Source of the DNA: Macrostomum lignano | Taxonomy: Eukaryota | DNA length: 64,000 nucleotides | Assembly: GCA_002269645.1 (NCBI GenBank) | Contig: NIVC01003731.1 | Span: forward strand, 15,882 to 79,881 | Direction: 5' to 3' | Shown: positions 12,480 through 24,924 of the stretch, in pieces | Position numbering within the stretch: position 1 is the first letter of the stretch | How the letters are laid out: each line of letters starts with the position of its first letter | Position numbers and translations under genes: made by a program | The notes under the pieces: model-generated | The model's database searches: none | Told to the model about the DNA's origin: nothing | Seen by the model: only the letters and a program-made list of their open reading frames with translations

Positions 12480-12868
12480 ACCGCCAGCCTCCCAGATCCT
12501 CAGTTGCTGTGCCAGCCTCCCAGATCCTCAGTTGCTGGGCCGCCAGCCTCCCAGATCCTCAGTTGCTGGGCCAGCCTCCCAAATCCTCAGGTGCTGGGCC
12601 AGCCTCCCAGATCCTCAGTTGCTGGGCCGCCAGCCTCCCAGATCCTCAGTTGCTGGGCCAGCCTCCCAGATCCTCAGGTGCTGGGCCAGCCTCCCAGATC
12701 CTCAGTTGCTGGGCCAGCCTCCCAGATCCTCAGGTGCTGGGCCAGCCTCCCAGATCCTCAGTTGCTGGGCCAGCCTCCCAGATCCTCAGTTGCTGGGCCA
12801 GCTTCCCAGAGTGTCAGTTGCTGGGCCAGCCTCCTAGATCCTCAGGTGCTGGGCTAGCCTCCCAGATC
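12480..12868. repeat. 28-bp minisatellite family, array 2
   Basis: Same unit and orientation as 10503-11385. Confidence 0.96.
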
Positions 12869-14703
12869 GTGGCAGATCGATATTTAATGCTGTTAGCTAT
12901 ATGCCCCACCCATCATGTGCTGACAGGTGCTAAGCAGCAAACGATGGAGAGGGGATGCTGCAGGTGTTGCCAGGCCCCGCACTCAGCTCAGCCCGCCCAG
13001 CTGGGACAATTTTTTCATCCAAGGCAATAGCGGATAGCGAGGCTGTAGGTGAAGGCAGGCGAGCTCAGTAGGCTTAGGAGAATCTGCCAAGGTGAAAAAG
13101 GTAAACTGTGAGTGCCAGTGCGCGTGTATGCAGAGTAGGAAACTGCGCTTATGGTGGGCCCTCCCGCTTTTTTCCAGGGCAAAAAAGTGTCTCATTTCCT
13201 ATCGCTAAGGCGATATCAGGCAGGCGCCCGCAACTTTCAATTGCCTGTCCTTTGCTTCACTTTCCTCTCAGCAGTTTGGTTAAATCGTGCAATAGTGCGG
13301 GCTGAGCTCAAGCGTCTTCATTGTGTCGCACGCCGTTCTCTATTGCACCCGAACCCTGTTGCCCAAATTATTAATGCTATAGCCAATGCTCAGGTATGCA
13401 GCTCTCTTACATTTAACGTGTTGGGATCGCTATTGTGCGCCATCCAGTGTCCAGCATCCGGTCAGGAGCTTCAGTGGTAATATATGGTAGAACTAGTTGA
13501 TGATGAAGTTGGCTCTTTCTCAGCGCCACCCTGGCGCATACCTACTAGGTGTGTACACACACACGTATATAGAGAGAAAGTTAATAACGTTTCACCTTCA
13601 CCTTCATAGGTGCGCCGCAATAAATCACTCTTTAATCTCTTTCCCTGTGTGTCCACCAGATGGTCAGAATTCCTCACTGTGTGCCTGTCTTCGGGTTGCG
13701 CGCTCATATTATTCTTTATAAAACAATACTTAAATTTTGGTACAAGGCTATTCCTGCTGTAGAAATATTGTCATTATTATTATTATTATGGAAATATAGT
13801 CGTATTTTGCTAATATTAATGAATATACGAGCGTATTGTATTACGCAATACTTTTCCTGGGGTCTGACTAAAATCCCAGCTGCTCCGGCTATTGTTGCGA
13901 GCCCACCACCCCACCACCAGGTGTAGCACCGCCGCCTGAGTGAAACAGCGGTGCGATAGTATGTAAAAAGTGAATAGCAACGATTCACTAGATTTTATGG
14001 GGTCTGCGAGTATAGCCATATGTTGAGTTCGATATCTCTAGGGTCACTTTTCAACTTTATCTGTAACGTCTACTCTACTTCTACTATATCTACCTCTCTC
14101 TGTCTCACCCTGCATCTACTCACAGTCTCACTGTGTCTACCTCTCTGTCTCACCCTGCATCTACTCACAGTCTCACTGCCTCAATACTGTAACTTGATAT
14201 TCATCATTCAGCCAGTCTACTTTAAAATATATTTATTCCACTCTTTTCATTGTTCGCTAATACAAGACAATGGCTGCTTCATAAAAAATAGTTAAATATC
14301 CAGCTTTGGTAGTGAACAAGAGACACGTGTCTAAAAGGAGCTCGTAGGACTTGAGCATAGGCTGAGTCACTCGCAAGAGACTCATTAATAAGACGAGTTC
14401 TCAGCAGTTGAGAATTATAAGTAGTCAGTTTATCTTTAATTTTTACTGTTGTTTATCCTCCTACTTGACGATCGTCTATAGTTGAGACTTTAATACGATA
14501 AGGTGCCACTTAGAGGCCACTTTACTGTCGGGACGGCGGCTTTGTATTTGCCCTGCCTATTGTGCACTGAGTCTTTGTGCCGCTCTTGGTTGCCACTTGA
14601 AGTTCTGGATAATATAGAAAATGAAGGCAATTCAACCAATCATCGGTTTTTATGCATACAGTATACGAGCTACTAATGTCTTTTTCGCCTACTCACCGTT
14701 TTT

Positions 14704-15356
14704 CACTGTGTGAATGCTTGACTGTGTGAATACTTTTCTGTGTGAATGCTTTACTGTGTGAATGCTTTACTGTGTGAATGCTTTATTAGGTAAATGCTTT
14801 TCTGTGTGAATGCTTTACCGTGTGAATGCTTTACTCTGTGAATGCTTGACTGTGTGAATGCTTGACTGTGTGAATGCTTGACTGTGTGAATGCTTGACTG
14901 TGTGAATGCTTGACTGTGTGAATGCTTTATTAGGTAAATGCTTTTCTGTGTGAATGCTTTACCGTGTGAATGCTTTACTAGGTGAAAGCTTTACTAGGTA
15001 AATGCTTGACTGTGTGAATGATTTACCGTGTGAATGCTTGACTGTGTGAATTATTGGCTGTGTGAATTATTGGCTGTGTGAATTATTGGCTGTGTGAATT
15101 ATTGGCTGTGTGAATTATTAGCTGTGTGATTATTGGCTGTGTGAATTATTGGCTGTGTTAATTATTGGCTGTGTGAATAATTGGCTGTGTGAATTATTGG
15201 CTGTGTGAATTATTGGCTGTGTGAATAATTGGCTGTGTTAATTATTGGCTGTGTGAATAATTGGCTGTGTGAATTATTGGCTGTGTGAATTATTGGCTGT
15301 GTGAATAATTGGCTGTGGGAATTATTGGCTGTGTGAATTATTGGCTGTGTGAATGC
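14704..15356. repeat. Compound 16-bp minisatellite: CTGTGTGAATGCTTGA switching to CTGTGTGAATTATTGG
   Basis: The switch occurs at about 15045. Confidence 0.95.
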
Positions 15357-15662
15357 TTCACTAAATATAGGTACATACTTGATAGTATATTCAGAGTACT
15401 GCGTGAATGCAGTGAATGCGAAGGTTTTACTCATAATCTCTTTCACCGGATTTTATGATCCAAAGCATTCGCTATACTTATTTATAGCGTCTTAGTCAAC
15501 TGCGTGCTCGCTTAACTGATGGCCCCGCGTCAGTTATGCAAATGCTATAGCTATAATGCATGTTTACTACTGACTTTACTACTGACTTGACTATGTAGCC
15601 AGTTTTCACTACTTTCTTCTATTATCTCTTTTCGACTTTGCTTCAATTAACTGTCGCCTGTC

Positions 15663-16150
15663 TGTTGTGTCTGTCTTAGTGTCTGTCTTAGTGTCTATCT
15701 TAGTATCTATCTTAGTGTCTATCTTAGTGTCTGTCTTAGTGTCTGTCTTAGTGTCTATCTTAGTGTCTGTTTTAGTGTCTGTCTTAGTGTCTGTCTTAGT
15801 GTCTGTCTTAGTGTCTGTTTTAGTGTCTGTCTTAGTGTCTGTCTTAGTGTCTGCCTTAGTGTCTGTCTTAGTGTCTGTCTTAGTGTCTGTCTTAGTGTCT
15901 GTCTTGTGTCTGTCTTGTGTCTGTCTCTGCGTGTCAATTAGTGTCTGTCTTAGTGTGTCTCAGTGTCTGTCCTAGTGTATCTTATTAGTGTCTGTCTTAG
16001 TGTGTCCTAGTGTCTGTCTTAGTGTGTCTTAGTGTCTGTATCAGTGTGTCTTAGTGTCTGTCTTAGTGTGTCCTAGTGTCTTTATTAGTCTGCCTTAGTG
16101 TCTGTCTTAGTGTCTGTTTTAGTGTCTGCCTTAGTGTCTGTCTCTCTGTC
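15663..16150. repeat. 12-bp minisatellite TAGTGTCTGTCT
   Basis: Direct periodicity. An inverted relative lies at 33645-34215. Confidence 0.96.
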
Positions 16151-16684
16151 TGTCTCCACACGCTGCAACCCACAACTAACTGCATACGATGTCTTGTGCA
16201 CTTTACTTCCATTCAGCAAGTTGAAAGTCTGAAGTTTAAATGAGCAGTCCGTTTAGTTTTTTGTTTTCATTCTATGAATGGAGGAGTTCCTTATGAGAGA
16301 CTTAAGATGGCGCTTGCACTTTTGCACCTGGCAACGGGTCCGTTCTCCTTTCTTTTTTGTTTCCTGCTATTTGTGGGCTCTGAATAATTTAAAAGGCCGT
16401 CTCAGCTCGATGGCAGCCGGACTGTGGGCGATTCCAGCCTCCTTAAGCCACTTGTAGGACTGGGCGGAGACGGATGTTGCTGAATAGAAAAAAATTGTTA
16501 TTACAATTACGATGAAGAGTTTTTTACTCATTGCACTTCTGTACCTCAGATATATTGATATATTGTGGAACATTAACACTTGAACTGGCTAAGGCGCTGT
16601 ATTTGGTACTTTCTTGCCTTAAGCATACTTTGTGCACCGGCTGCTTACGGAGCCTCATCGTATTTCTTATCTCGCTCTGTGTCT

Positions 16685-16880
16685 CACTGTTAGTATCTCA
16701 CTCTCAGTATCTCACACTCGGTATCTCACTCTCAGTATCTCACACTCAGTATCTCACTCTCAGTATCTCACTCTCAGTATCTCACTCTCAGTATCTCACT
16801 CTCAGTATCTCACTCTCAGTATCTCACTCTCAGTATCTCACTCTCAGTATCTCACTCTCAGTATTTCACACTCAGTATCT
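16685..16880. repeat. 14-bp minisatellite CACTCTCAGTATCT
   Basis: Direct periodicity. Confidence 0.95.
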
Positions 16881-17052
16881 CAAAATTTATCCATTTATAT
16901 CTCATTCTCACATTCTCACATCTCACATTCTATCTATTTTTATCTCACCCTCAGTATCTTGTCCTTCTCACCTTTGTTTTAGCATATATTTATTTCAGTA
17001 GTTTTTTCCCTCTTTTTTCCTAGGAATTGCATAAAATTCAAAATATTCTACT

Positions 17053-17116
17053 ATGAGTAAACCACAGAGGTACGCAAGTGTATTTTTACGGGTAATTCTT
17101 CAAGTCATTCTAGCTG
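17053..17116 (+). CDS. Lar: Candidate alternative leader exon C (MSKPQRYASVFLRVILQVILA), exon probably starting at 17024
   Basis: Strong acceptor TTTTTTCCCTCTTTTTTCCTAG|17024 and ATG at 17053. A basic n-region plus hydrophobic stretch ends in Ala at a CTG|GTAAGT donor (17117) in phase 1. One Arg interrupts the h-region. Confidence 0.5.
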
Positions 17117-17792
17117 GTAAGTTCTAATTTGTAGGGCTTGGTCTGAATTTACAGAGCCAGCAACCTGCAGAATGTGAGCGTAAAGTTGGCGTGGAAAGCA
17201 GCACTTTCACTGGCAGCCACTGGGCGAGGCAGTGAAAACACAAACAAAATGATTTAGATAGCTTCGGCTGCACTTGGAGACCTGTCATTCATGGCCGTAC
17301 TTTTTTCACCTATTCAACTAGGTATTCTTTCTGTCACACCTTTTCATAAGCCACCACCTTCTTCCAGAGCACTTCCCAGCCAAGAGAGGCCAGTTGAGTT
17401 TTTCTTCAACAGGCCTGGCGCCATCCGCACTGTGTCACGGTGTTGAATTATTAATAATAGCCAAAGTGTTGACGGTTTTTTTCAGCATGGACTCAATGAG
17501 GAAGTAGTTTTAAGTAGGCCTTCGCTTTCCACAGCATCAGGTGGGGTCCGGTCCTAAAGCTTAAAGTACTGAATTTTTATATTGTTCGACAAAGCATCTG
17601 TAGGTCTGACATAACCGTTAATTTAATATTTTCAAATAATTCCATTTTCGATTCAAATTTTAGTTCTTGACTTCCACTGTTTATGGCATTAATTTGTGCT
17701 TCTAGCTATTGTTAGTAGTATAAATTAGAGGCATTTTATATTTGCTTACTATCTGCGTGTTTGGCACCAATGACTCACACAATGGCTTATGG

Positions 17793-18372
17793 TTGGCGCC
17801 ACACTGGCTTATTAATATTGGCGCCACACTGGCTCATTAATATTGGCGCCACACTGGCTCATTAATATTGGCGCCACTCATTAATATTGGCGCCACACTG
17901 GCTCATTAATATTGGCGCCACTCATTATTATTGGTGCCACACTGGCTCATTGATATTGGCGCCACACTGGCTCATTAATATTGGCACCACTCATTATTAT
18001 TGGCGCCACACTGGCTCATTGATATTGGCGTCACACTAGCTCATTAATATTGGCGCCACTCATTATTATTGGCGCCACACTGGCTCATTAATATTGGCGC
18101 CACACTGGCTCATTAATATTGGCGCCACACTGGCTCATTAATATTGGCGCCACACTGGCTCATTAATATTGGCGCCACACTGGCTCATTAATATTGGCGC
18201 CACACTGGCTCAGTAATATTGGCGCCACTCATTAATATTGGCGCCACACTCTCTCATTAATATTGGCGCCACATTGGCTCATTAATATTGGCGCCACACT
18301 GGCTCAGTAATATTGGCGCCAAACTGGCTCATTAATATTGGCGCCACACTGGCTCATTAAAGTATTAATATT
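17793..18372. repeat. 25-bp minisatellite ATTGGCGCCACACTGGCTCATTAAT with 19-bp deletion variants
   Basis: Direct periodicity. The variant lacks CACTGG. Confidence 0.96.
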
Positions 18373-19761
18373 GACTCACCAGAGACATAGACAGACTGTG
18401 CAACACAAAGTGGCTGCTGGCAGTGTGAGCATGCTTCTCAAAACAGCCGGCTCCTCAATCTCACTTTGCCCTCCCCAGTCTCCGCCGCTCTTCATCCAAC
18501 GATGCCGTCATCATTGCGCACGCAACCCCTATCAAAGGACCGTGAAAAACATTATAAAAACAGTTTTGAAAAACACCGCCTGAAGGCAGTTGAACAGAAA
18601 CTTCCTGCAAATTTTCTAATATGCTTGAGCATCTCAGCATCTTTGAGTGCGGATATTCAGTCTGGCAAAACCGGCTATTGCCCCCCCCTTTTTACGTAAG
18701 CGATTAATCTCGCTTCATGGGTTCGAAAAGAGTTGCTGTTAGGTTTTCGGCACATGGGAGCCTAAAATGGATGCATATATACGCAGCAGCGACTGCAGGG
18801 ATTGAATAGATGTCCCATACTAATCAAAGTAATGCGATTTGGCGTTTGTCTCCCCCCAAGCTCCTGTCAATGGTAGGATGGATGATCCGGAACGGTCTTC
18901 AACCCCTACTAAGGCATGCAATTGTCCACCGTTAGACTGACGGGGTGAACAAGGTGAAAATGGCAGGAATGAGCTGACAGAGGTGTGAGCGGACAGACTT
19001 TACGTACAAGCTGACACCGTTTTTTTCTCTCTTTTACCTTACCTTAACTTGGCCCAGAAGAGGACAGAAGCAGTGCAAAAATGAAACAAGCTGGTGAAAG
19101 TCAGGAAGTGCCACTTAAAGCAGACATTTTGGCTACAAGAAGTCCCAGTAGAGTAGAGTAGAGTTAAAAGCTGCAGCAGCCACTTAAGGTGCAATTCCTA
19201 AGTCCTTCTAGCATTCTCTGCTCAGAGAGAAGACTGGTACACAGAAAGTGAGCGGGGCCGAGCAGCTCAAGTGAGCTGGCGATATCCGATTGAAATTTTC
19301 TGGAAAGCGGATCCTGCAGAAGCGGCATCTTGTAAATTACATAAAGCGGGGGGGGCATTATGAGCAAAGGAAACTCACTACTCCCACACTCCCCTAACAA
19401 TCCAGCAGCTCTAATTAACTACTGAGAATTTTTTCTTCTCTGAGAAAAAAACCGGCACGCAGGTAAAATTGGCGAGAGGCAGACGCCACTTGGCGTATAG
19501 ATGCCGGCGTAGAGATAAGCTTTATGATTAATATATTGCTGGCATCAATTATTAGTAGACCGACGGGCGACTGAGCACATGTATAAATACACAGGTGCAA
19601 GCGAACTTGATAGGCGAAAATAATCATTGATAAAAATAGCCATCATAGATTTGGGCGCCACCTTGTCTACACTGGGGAGTACTAACTCTTCGAAAATTAA
19701 ACTTAAACTTTCCAAATCACGCTTGACAGACATTGTGATGCCCAAAATTAGCTAGACGCAA

Positions 19762-20061
19762 AATTAATAATAATAATAATTGATTACACCTGCCCCTATT
19801 GGGCCAGATGTGCAACCGACAGCTCAGCCGCAGCTATTGCGCAGTGCATCTGAAGACTGCGTACGGCTGTTCAGTCCAAAGACTGGGGGTCACCACACAG
19901 CCTCAATTAACACAGCTAATGCTGGCACCCATTTTACAGCTGAGTGAACTGAAGCAATGCAGAGTTAAGTGTCTGGCTCAAGGACACAAATTATTTCGAT
20001 GGGTCGAGAATCGAACCTTTCAGTCGTGTGTCCGACGCTCTAACCACTAGACTACAACCCC
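19762..20061 (-). mobile_element. tRNA-derived SINE with CORE-like central domain and (TTA)n tail
   Basis: Minus strand head GGGGTTGTAGTCTAGTGGTTAGAGCG...GGTTCGATTCT has A and B boxes. It is followed by GTGTCCTTGAGCCAGACACTTAACTCTGCATTGCTTCAGTTCACTCAGCTGTAAAATGGG, which resembles the MIR/CORE consensus as I recall it, and a (TTA)n tail at about 19766-19780. Confidence 0.8.
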
Positions 20062-22340
20062 GGCGCCAAGCTAGTAGTGTACTGATAAGCTAGTTCAGTA
20101 GCTTATACGCATTTGAACAGATTTTTTTTAAGTAGCAAACTCAAAGCCAAGTGCACACAATCAGCGGTCTTTTTAGTTGCCGATGAGGTATTAGCTTGGG
20201 GCTCCTGGGCACTGTGTGTATCCAAGGCAAACATCTCCGTTTCCATGTAGCTCATTGCGATAAGATCGTTGATTTATAAAAGCATTGTCGGCATTTCTGC
20301 TTTGTGAGGCAAATTTTTTAAAAGCCATGTTTTCACTTTTTTTTCTACTTTCGATATCAAAATTGCCCGCTGATTGTGTTTTCCGTCTTCTCTTGAAATC
20401 GTGTATAAATAAGCTGCTACTGATGAATGAAGCAGGTCTTTGCTAACTGAGTCAATCAAGGTGGTGGGGAGTAGCTTAAAAGGAAGAGGAAAAAAACCAT
20501 TTGGTCACGCAGCATCTGCTCTAATATGGGCCATAGGTGGCGAGAGTTGCCATCGGTTGGGAATTGACTCAATTTTTTTCGGTTGGGGGGTCGCTGGGAG
20601 TCGCCGAGTTTTTCCAGTATATATTGACCAGTGTGTTTATCTTCACCCCGTGTCTGGCGAACGAGTGCCCTGTCTATACCATAGATGCATGCAGTTTGCT
20701 CTCCATTTCTGACTATCTGTGAGCACTGGCCGGTGTCTGCTCTCTGCCTCCTTCCCACTCTTCCCAGGCCTAATGCTGAGCAGAGCTTTGCTGGAACGTA
20801 GTAGAGGAAATTAATTTCCCCACTAAATAAGTTGACCGATACGCGTGGCCAGTGGCCCCCCGCCAGCCTCACCTCAGACCTCATCCCCCCCCTGTTCTCT
20901 GTCTCTGCTGATCCCCCCGGTAGTCCGGGGCCGCCCAGTTACCTAAGCTATAGATACAAAACTGCGATGGATTGTGTACAATTGGCTCATCGCTGTATTG
21001 ATACTGCCAGTAGACTACTGGGAGTAATAGAGCTTAGAGGAGGGGAAGGGAGTGAGGCTGGGAATCATGATGATGAAGGGGGTGGGTGAAGGGGGAATTG
21101 TCGCATTGAAATCCCGCTATACTTGCTGCGGACAAAGCGATAGGCTTAGCCGAGGAGAAATGAGAAGCAGAGCAGTATAGGAGCCATACAGTTAAACTAG
21201 AGACTGCTAAACCCAAGACAAGGCGAGTGATAGTGGGTGTTGGCAGTCCAGGTGAGAAATGATGGGGTAGTTGGAAAGAACAATTTGGTCCATGGCACCA
21301 GCTCCAGGTTGCTGACGGGCCTGGGTTGGTTGGTTGCTGCTTCTTGGCAGCGCTTTTGTCCTTCATATTTCTGCCTACCTGTCCCACCCTCTTTGCTTTT
21401 TCTTTTCGTCTCCCGCACCCTTGTCCGTTTCCCCCTCCCTTATCGCCAGTCGCCTTCCTTCACGCCAGAGAGAGAGAAAGACTTTTTTAGAGGGAGGGGT
21501 TTTCCAATTTTTAACACGCGGCAGCTGCAGCTTCCTCTTTGGCACTTGTGCTTGTGTTTAGCTTCATAGCCAGCCTAGCGCCACCCTTACGAGATGCTGC
21601 TGCCGACATCTCTCTCTCTTATGTGTGCATCATGCCCGTGTATGAATAGGCGCAGGTACCTGCCAACTTCTATTGTGCGGATTAAGGCTGCGTAGAGGAC
21701 TCAAACGGAGATCTGGCTTGGCTAGGGTGGATGGAGAATAAGGATTCTGTGTGCTAGGCCTGGGATAGGCCAGGGGGCAACGGCCAACCATTGGCTCTGC
21801 TAGACTGGGCGAGGCTCCTGCCCTGCATTCTGCTAGGTTTTGTTTGAGTCCCGAGACCTACCTCTCGTTCCCCTGATAGCCAACCCCAGACTCAGTCCGT
21901 AGCCTTACCTCGTCGGTCTCTCGCCGCCAGCAACCCCCAGCCCTCGGGGAGAGATTATTTGACCCACTACCTAACAGGGGTGTGTGTGTGGATTACTTCG
22001 CCGTGTGCGCTAAGCTTTAAATCTGCATCAAGTCAGTCTATACAAAGCAAGCATAAACGGTCAGGAGGTTTTTCGTTGCCAAAATCGAAATTTCGGCAGT
22101 CCTATACTGCACTGTTCGAGCATGGAAACACGAGTTGAATGCTCGGTTACTATGGCAACTTGAATCTGTTCGATATTGAGAACTCGGGTGGATTCGAACT
22201 GCTGTTTACTCGCCGGTTAAGCTTCTCCCATCTCTTTTCTAATCCAAAAAGTCGCCATGCGTTCTCCTGCGAAGTTTGCCGACAGATTCTAGCCCAGGAA
22301 TTGTTTAAGTTATAACAAAAACACTGGAAGCAGCGGGCCG

Positions 22341-22488
22341 ATGTTGCTTCCGCGGCCTTTATTGCAGCTCCTGCTGCCGACGTTGCTGCTGCTGCTGTTG
22401 TTGCAGTTCGGCCGCCAGGCCTCCGCAGGCGCTCTCGACAACATGGACGAGATCATATCATCCACGTCTAAGCTGATTGACAAGCTGC
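22341..22488 (+). CDS. Lar: Leader exon D of the LAR-family RPTP (MLLPRPLLQLLLPTLLLLLLLQFGRQASA-GALDNMDEIISSTSKLIDKL)
   Basis: Classic signal peptide with an ASA cleavage motif. Open to a C|GTAAGA donor (22489) in phase 1; C+AG gives Gln joining Ig1 in frame. It is absent from the ORF track because it is under 60 aa. Confidence 0.8.
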
Positions 22489-24924
22489 GTAAGAGAAGCC
22501 GCTCTTAGCTGTTGATTGATTGGGGCTGGCGGGCCGCGCCATTGGCGGGATGGGATTGAATTCTGGGCGAGTCCACTAGCGATTGTCGCCTTTCTCCTAT
22601 TAGATATTTTCTATTGCTACAAGCAAGAGTTCACAGTGGGGATAGGAGACGAGCAGAGGACTAAATTCAATCAGTTCGCTGCACAGGAAAAAGGAACTTC
22701 TACTGCTCCGTCCATTTGTTTGTTTGTTTGTTCTCTCCGGTCGTCAGCGGCAATTTTTTATGGCCGGGATTTGAGTTGAAATATTCCCCACTCCCAACCC
22801 GCGCCGTGGATGATTAGTTCGAAAGTTCGAGTAGGGTTGGGGGCTGCGTCGGGGGTTAAGGACTTCGGGACTTGCCTTTCTCTCTCTCACTCTCTCTCTC
22901 TCTCTTCATTCTTGCTACTAACATGCTGCCACCGCGATGTGAAGAGAGCCTGGCTCCCGGGGTAAAACCTTTGAAAAAATTGCTATCGTCACTCGACGAG
23001 TGAAAGGCGGAAGTGGAAGCGAAGTGGCGGCAGGGCGGCAGGCAGAGCTCGGCGAGTGCGCAGCTTATTGTATTGGGCACACAAGTGCCCTCTTGTGCCG
23101 CCCCACAAGCTCTCGGGGCTTTGGATTCTAGAGATTTTTTCTGAGTCCTCAGCCGAGATTCCCCCTCTTTTCGGTACGAGGTTGAAAGCTCAAGTTTTGA
23201 GAGCGTCAGCGTTGAGGTTAATTTCTGTGTACGCTGAGACACTGCGCAGAATGCCCTTGTTATGTCAGGAGTATTTTTCGCACAGCAGTAGGGAGTTCCA
23301 CAGATTCGGCGGCAGAGGGGGGTGGGTTGCTGCGAGGTGAGGACTTGGGCTCTGGCTGCAGATAGCTAGCGCCTTTGGTAATTGAATTTTCCGGCTCTCT
23401 ACTCTACACTTATACAGGCCAACCGAGCTAGAGGTCCAAAAGCGTTGCTAACCTATTTGACCCGGCCTCGCTCGCCCTTCTCCTTCTCCCCCTGGCACTT
23501 CCCTTCCCTGTAGCCAGTTTCTCAATTAATCCCCCCCCACCTCAGCCGTTGGTCCCCAGCTTTCGGCACTTTTATTATGCTGCTGTAATGCTACAATCTG
23601 CAAATAATCTGCACACACCTATAGTAGCGGTTCCAAGTCTGTTATTGCAGTCAACTTGCGCCACAGTTTCTTGGAATTTCAGTAGAAAAACACCACACCC
23701 TGTGATTTCCCCCCTCCCTCCCTCATCCCTGCCAATTTCCCTGTCCGCCCCATCCGCCTATGACTAACGGCCACTTCCCTGTCGCAGCACGCGCTCGCTC
23801 CTCTTCCCTTGGTTTCGCGCTGACTGCTCAACAACATAAGGCGCCGGGAGCTGGTTAAAAACTTGGCCAATAACGCCGCTAAATAATTCCCACGGGGGGG
23901 GGGGAGAGCAGAAGAGGAGGCGGCGAGGTGGACGGGACAAAAACCTTCATTTTCCCATTCTCATGTCTCTGCCTTCACCCGGTGTTTTTATCCTCTGATT
24001 TGAGCTCCGGGGGTCCACCGCATTGAAGAAGTTTCTCTTAAACTGATGGGGGGCCTGGGTGGTGGCGGCAAAAAATGTGTCCCCCCCTCTCTCTCTCTCT
24101 CTCTCGACCATCTGCCTCAAGTGTACCTACCCTCGGAGCCCGACTGACGGACCAAGTCGGAGGGGGGCGGGTAGGCAGCACAACAAGTGTAGCTGGCGGG
24201 CCTTCTGTGTAGATGTTTTCATACGATGAAGCAAGCAGGCTCTGCTCTCCCAGAGCGACACTTCAACTGCGAACAGTTTTTCTCCCTCCCCCCCTCTCTC
24301 TCTCTCCTTCGTTACTTTTTGACCAGATTGTTAAATTGTTTCCGTAGTTGACAGTGGAAAAAAGGGGATTAGGAGAGGGGTTTGCTTGGGAGACGTGCTC
24401 CCAACAGAATTGAATGGCTTTCAGTAGTCTGCCGACGGCTCTTTCAATTCAATTTTCCAGCCTAAACTTACTCTGTTAGCTGTTCCCCATGCTGTCCATC
24501 ACATAGCCGACTTTCTTCTCTCTGGCTTTGGAAGGCGGATCGACAAAGCTGAATTGGGAGCTGCCTTAGCCCCATCAATCACTGCCAACGTGTCATCTGG
24601 GCCGGGTGAGGGCTTGCCTTCCGATGTGGCTGGGTAATTCGGCTTGTTTGAGAGAGACCTACGCTCACTGGATACATTGCCGCTGCAGGGTCGAGGTCGG
24701 ATAGTGTTTGGGGGGAAATTATAGCCTTGAAAGCAAGCAGAATTGGCAGGTTTGGCCTGCTCTCCGCCCTATGAGAAGCCAGGGAGGGAAGCAGACAAAG
24801 CAGCAGAGATGGTGAGACTGGAATAGGAGCCACTTGGCGACAGGTAAATCCAAAGCGGGGTTAGATAAGCAGGTTGGTAAATAGAAACGACGGGAACTCG
24901 GGAACTCAAGAGAACGGCGGGTTA

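Noticed and set aside
13272-13393. Exon-like segment with a CTCTCAG acceptor and CAG|GTATGC donor
   Set aside because: Length of 122 or 119 nt is not a multiple of three and no domain is recognisable. It could be non-coding, but I cannot support it.
20001-20061. Functional tRNA gene
   Set aside because: The anticodon arm has a 4-bp stem with a 6-nt loop and the T arm is truncated. It is the head of the SINE.
22190-22199. Perfect Pol III B box GTTCGAATCC on the minus strand
   Set aside because: No A box or cloverleaf at the proper distance, so not a tRNA gene.
24570-24605. 36-nt phase 1-1 open segment with a GTGAGG donor
   Set aside because: No pyrimidine tract before the AG. It shows how easily frame-preserving candidates arise by chance.
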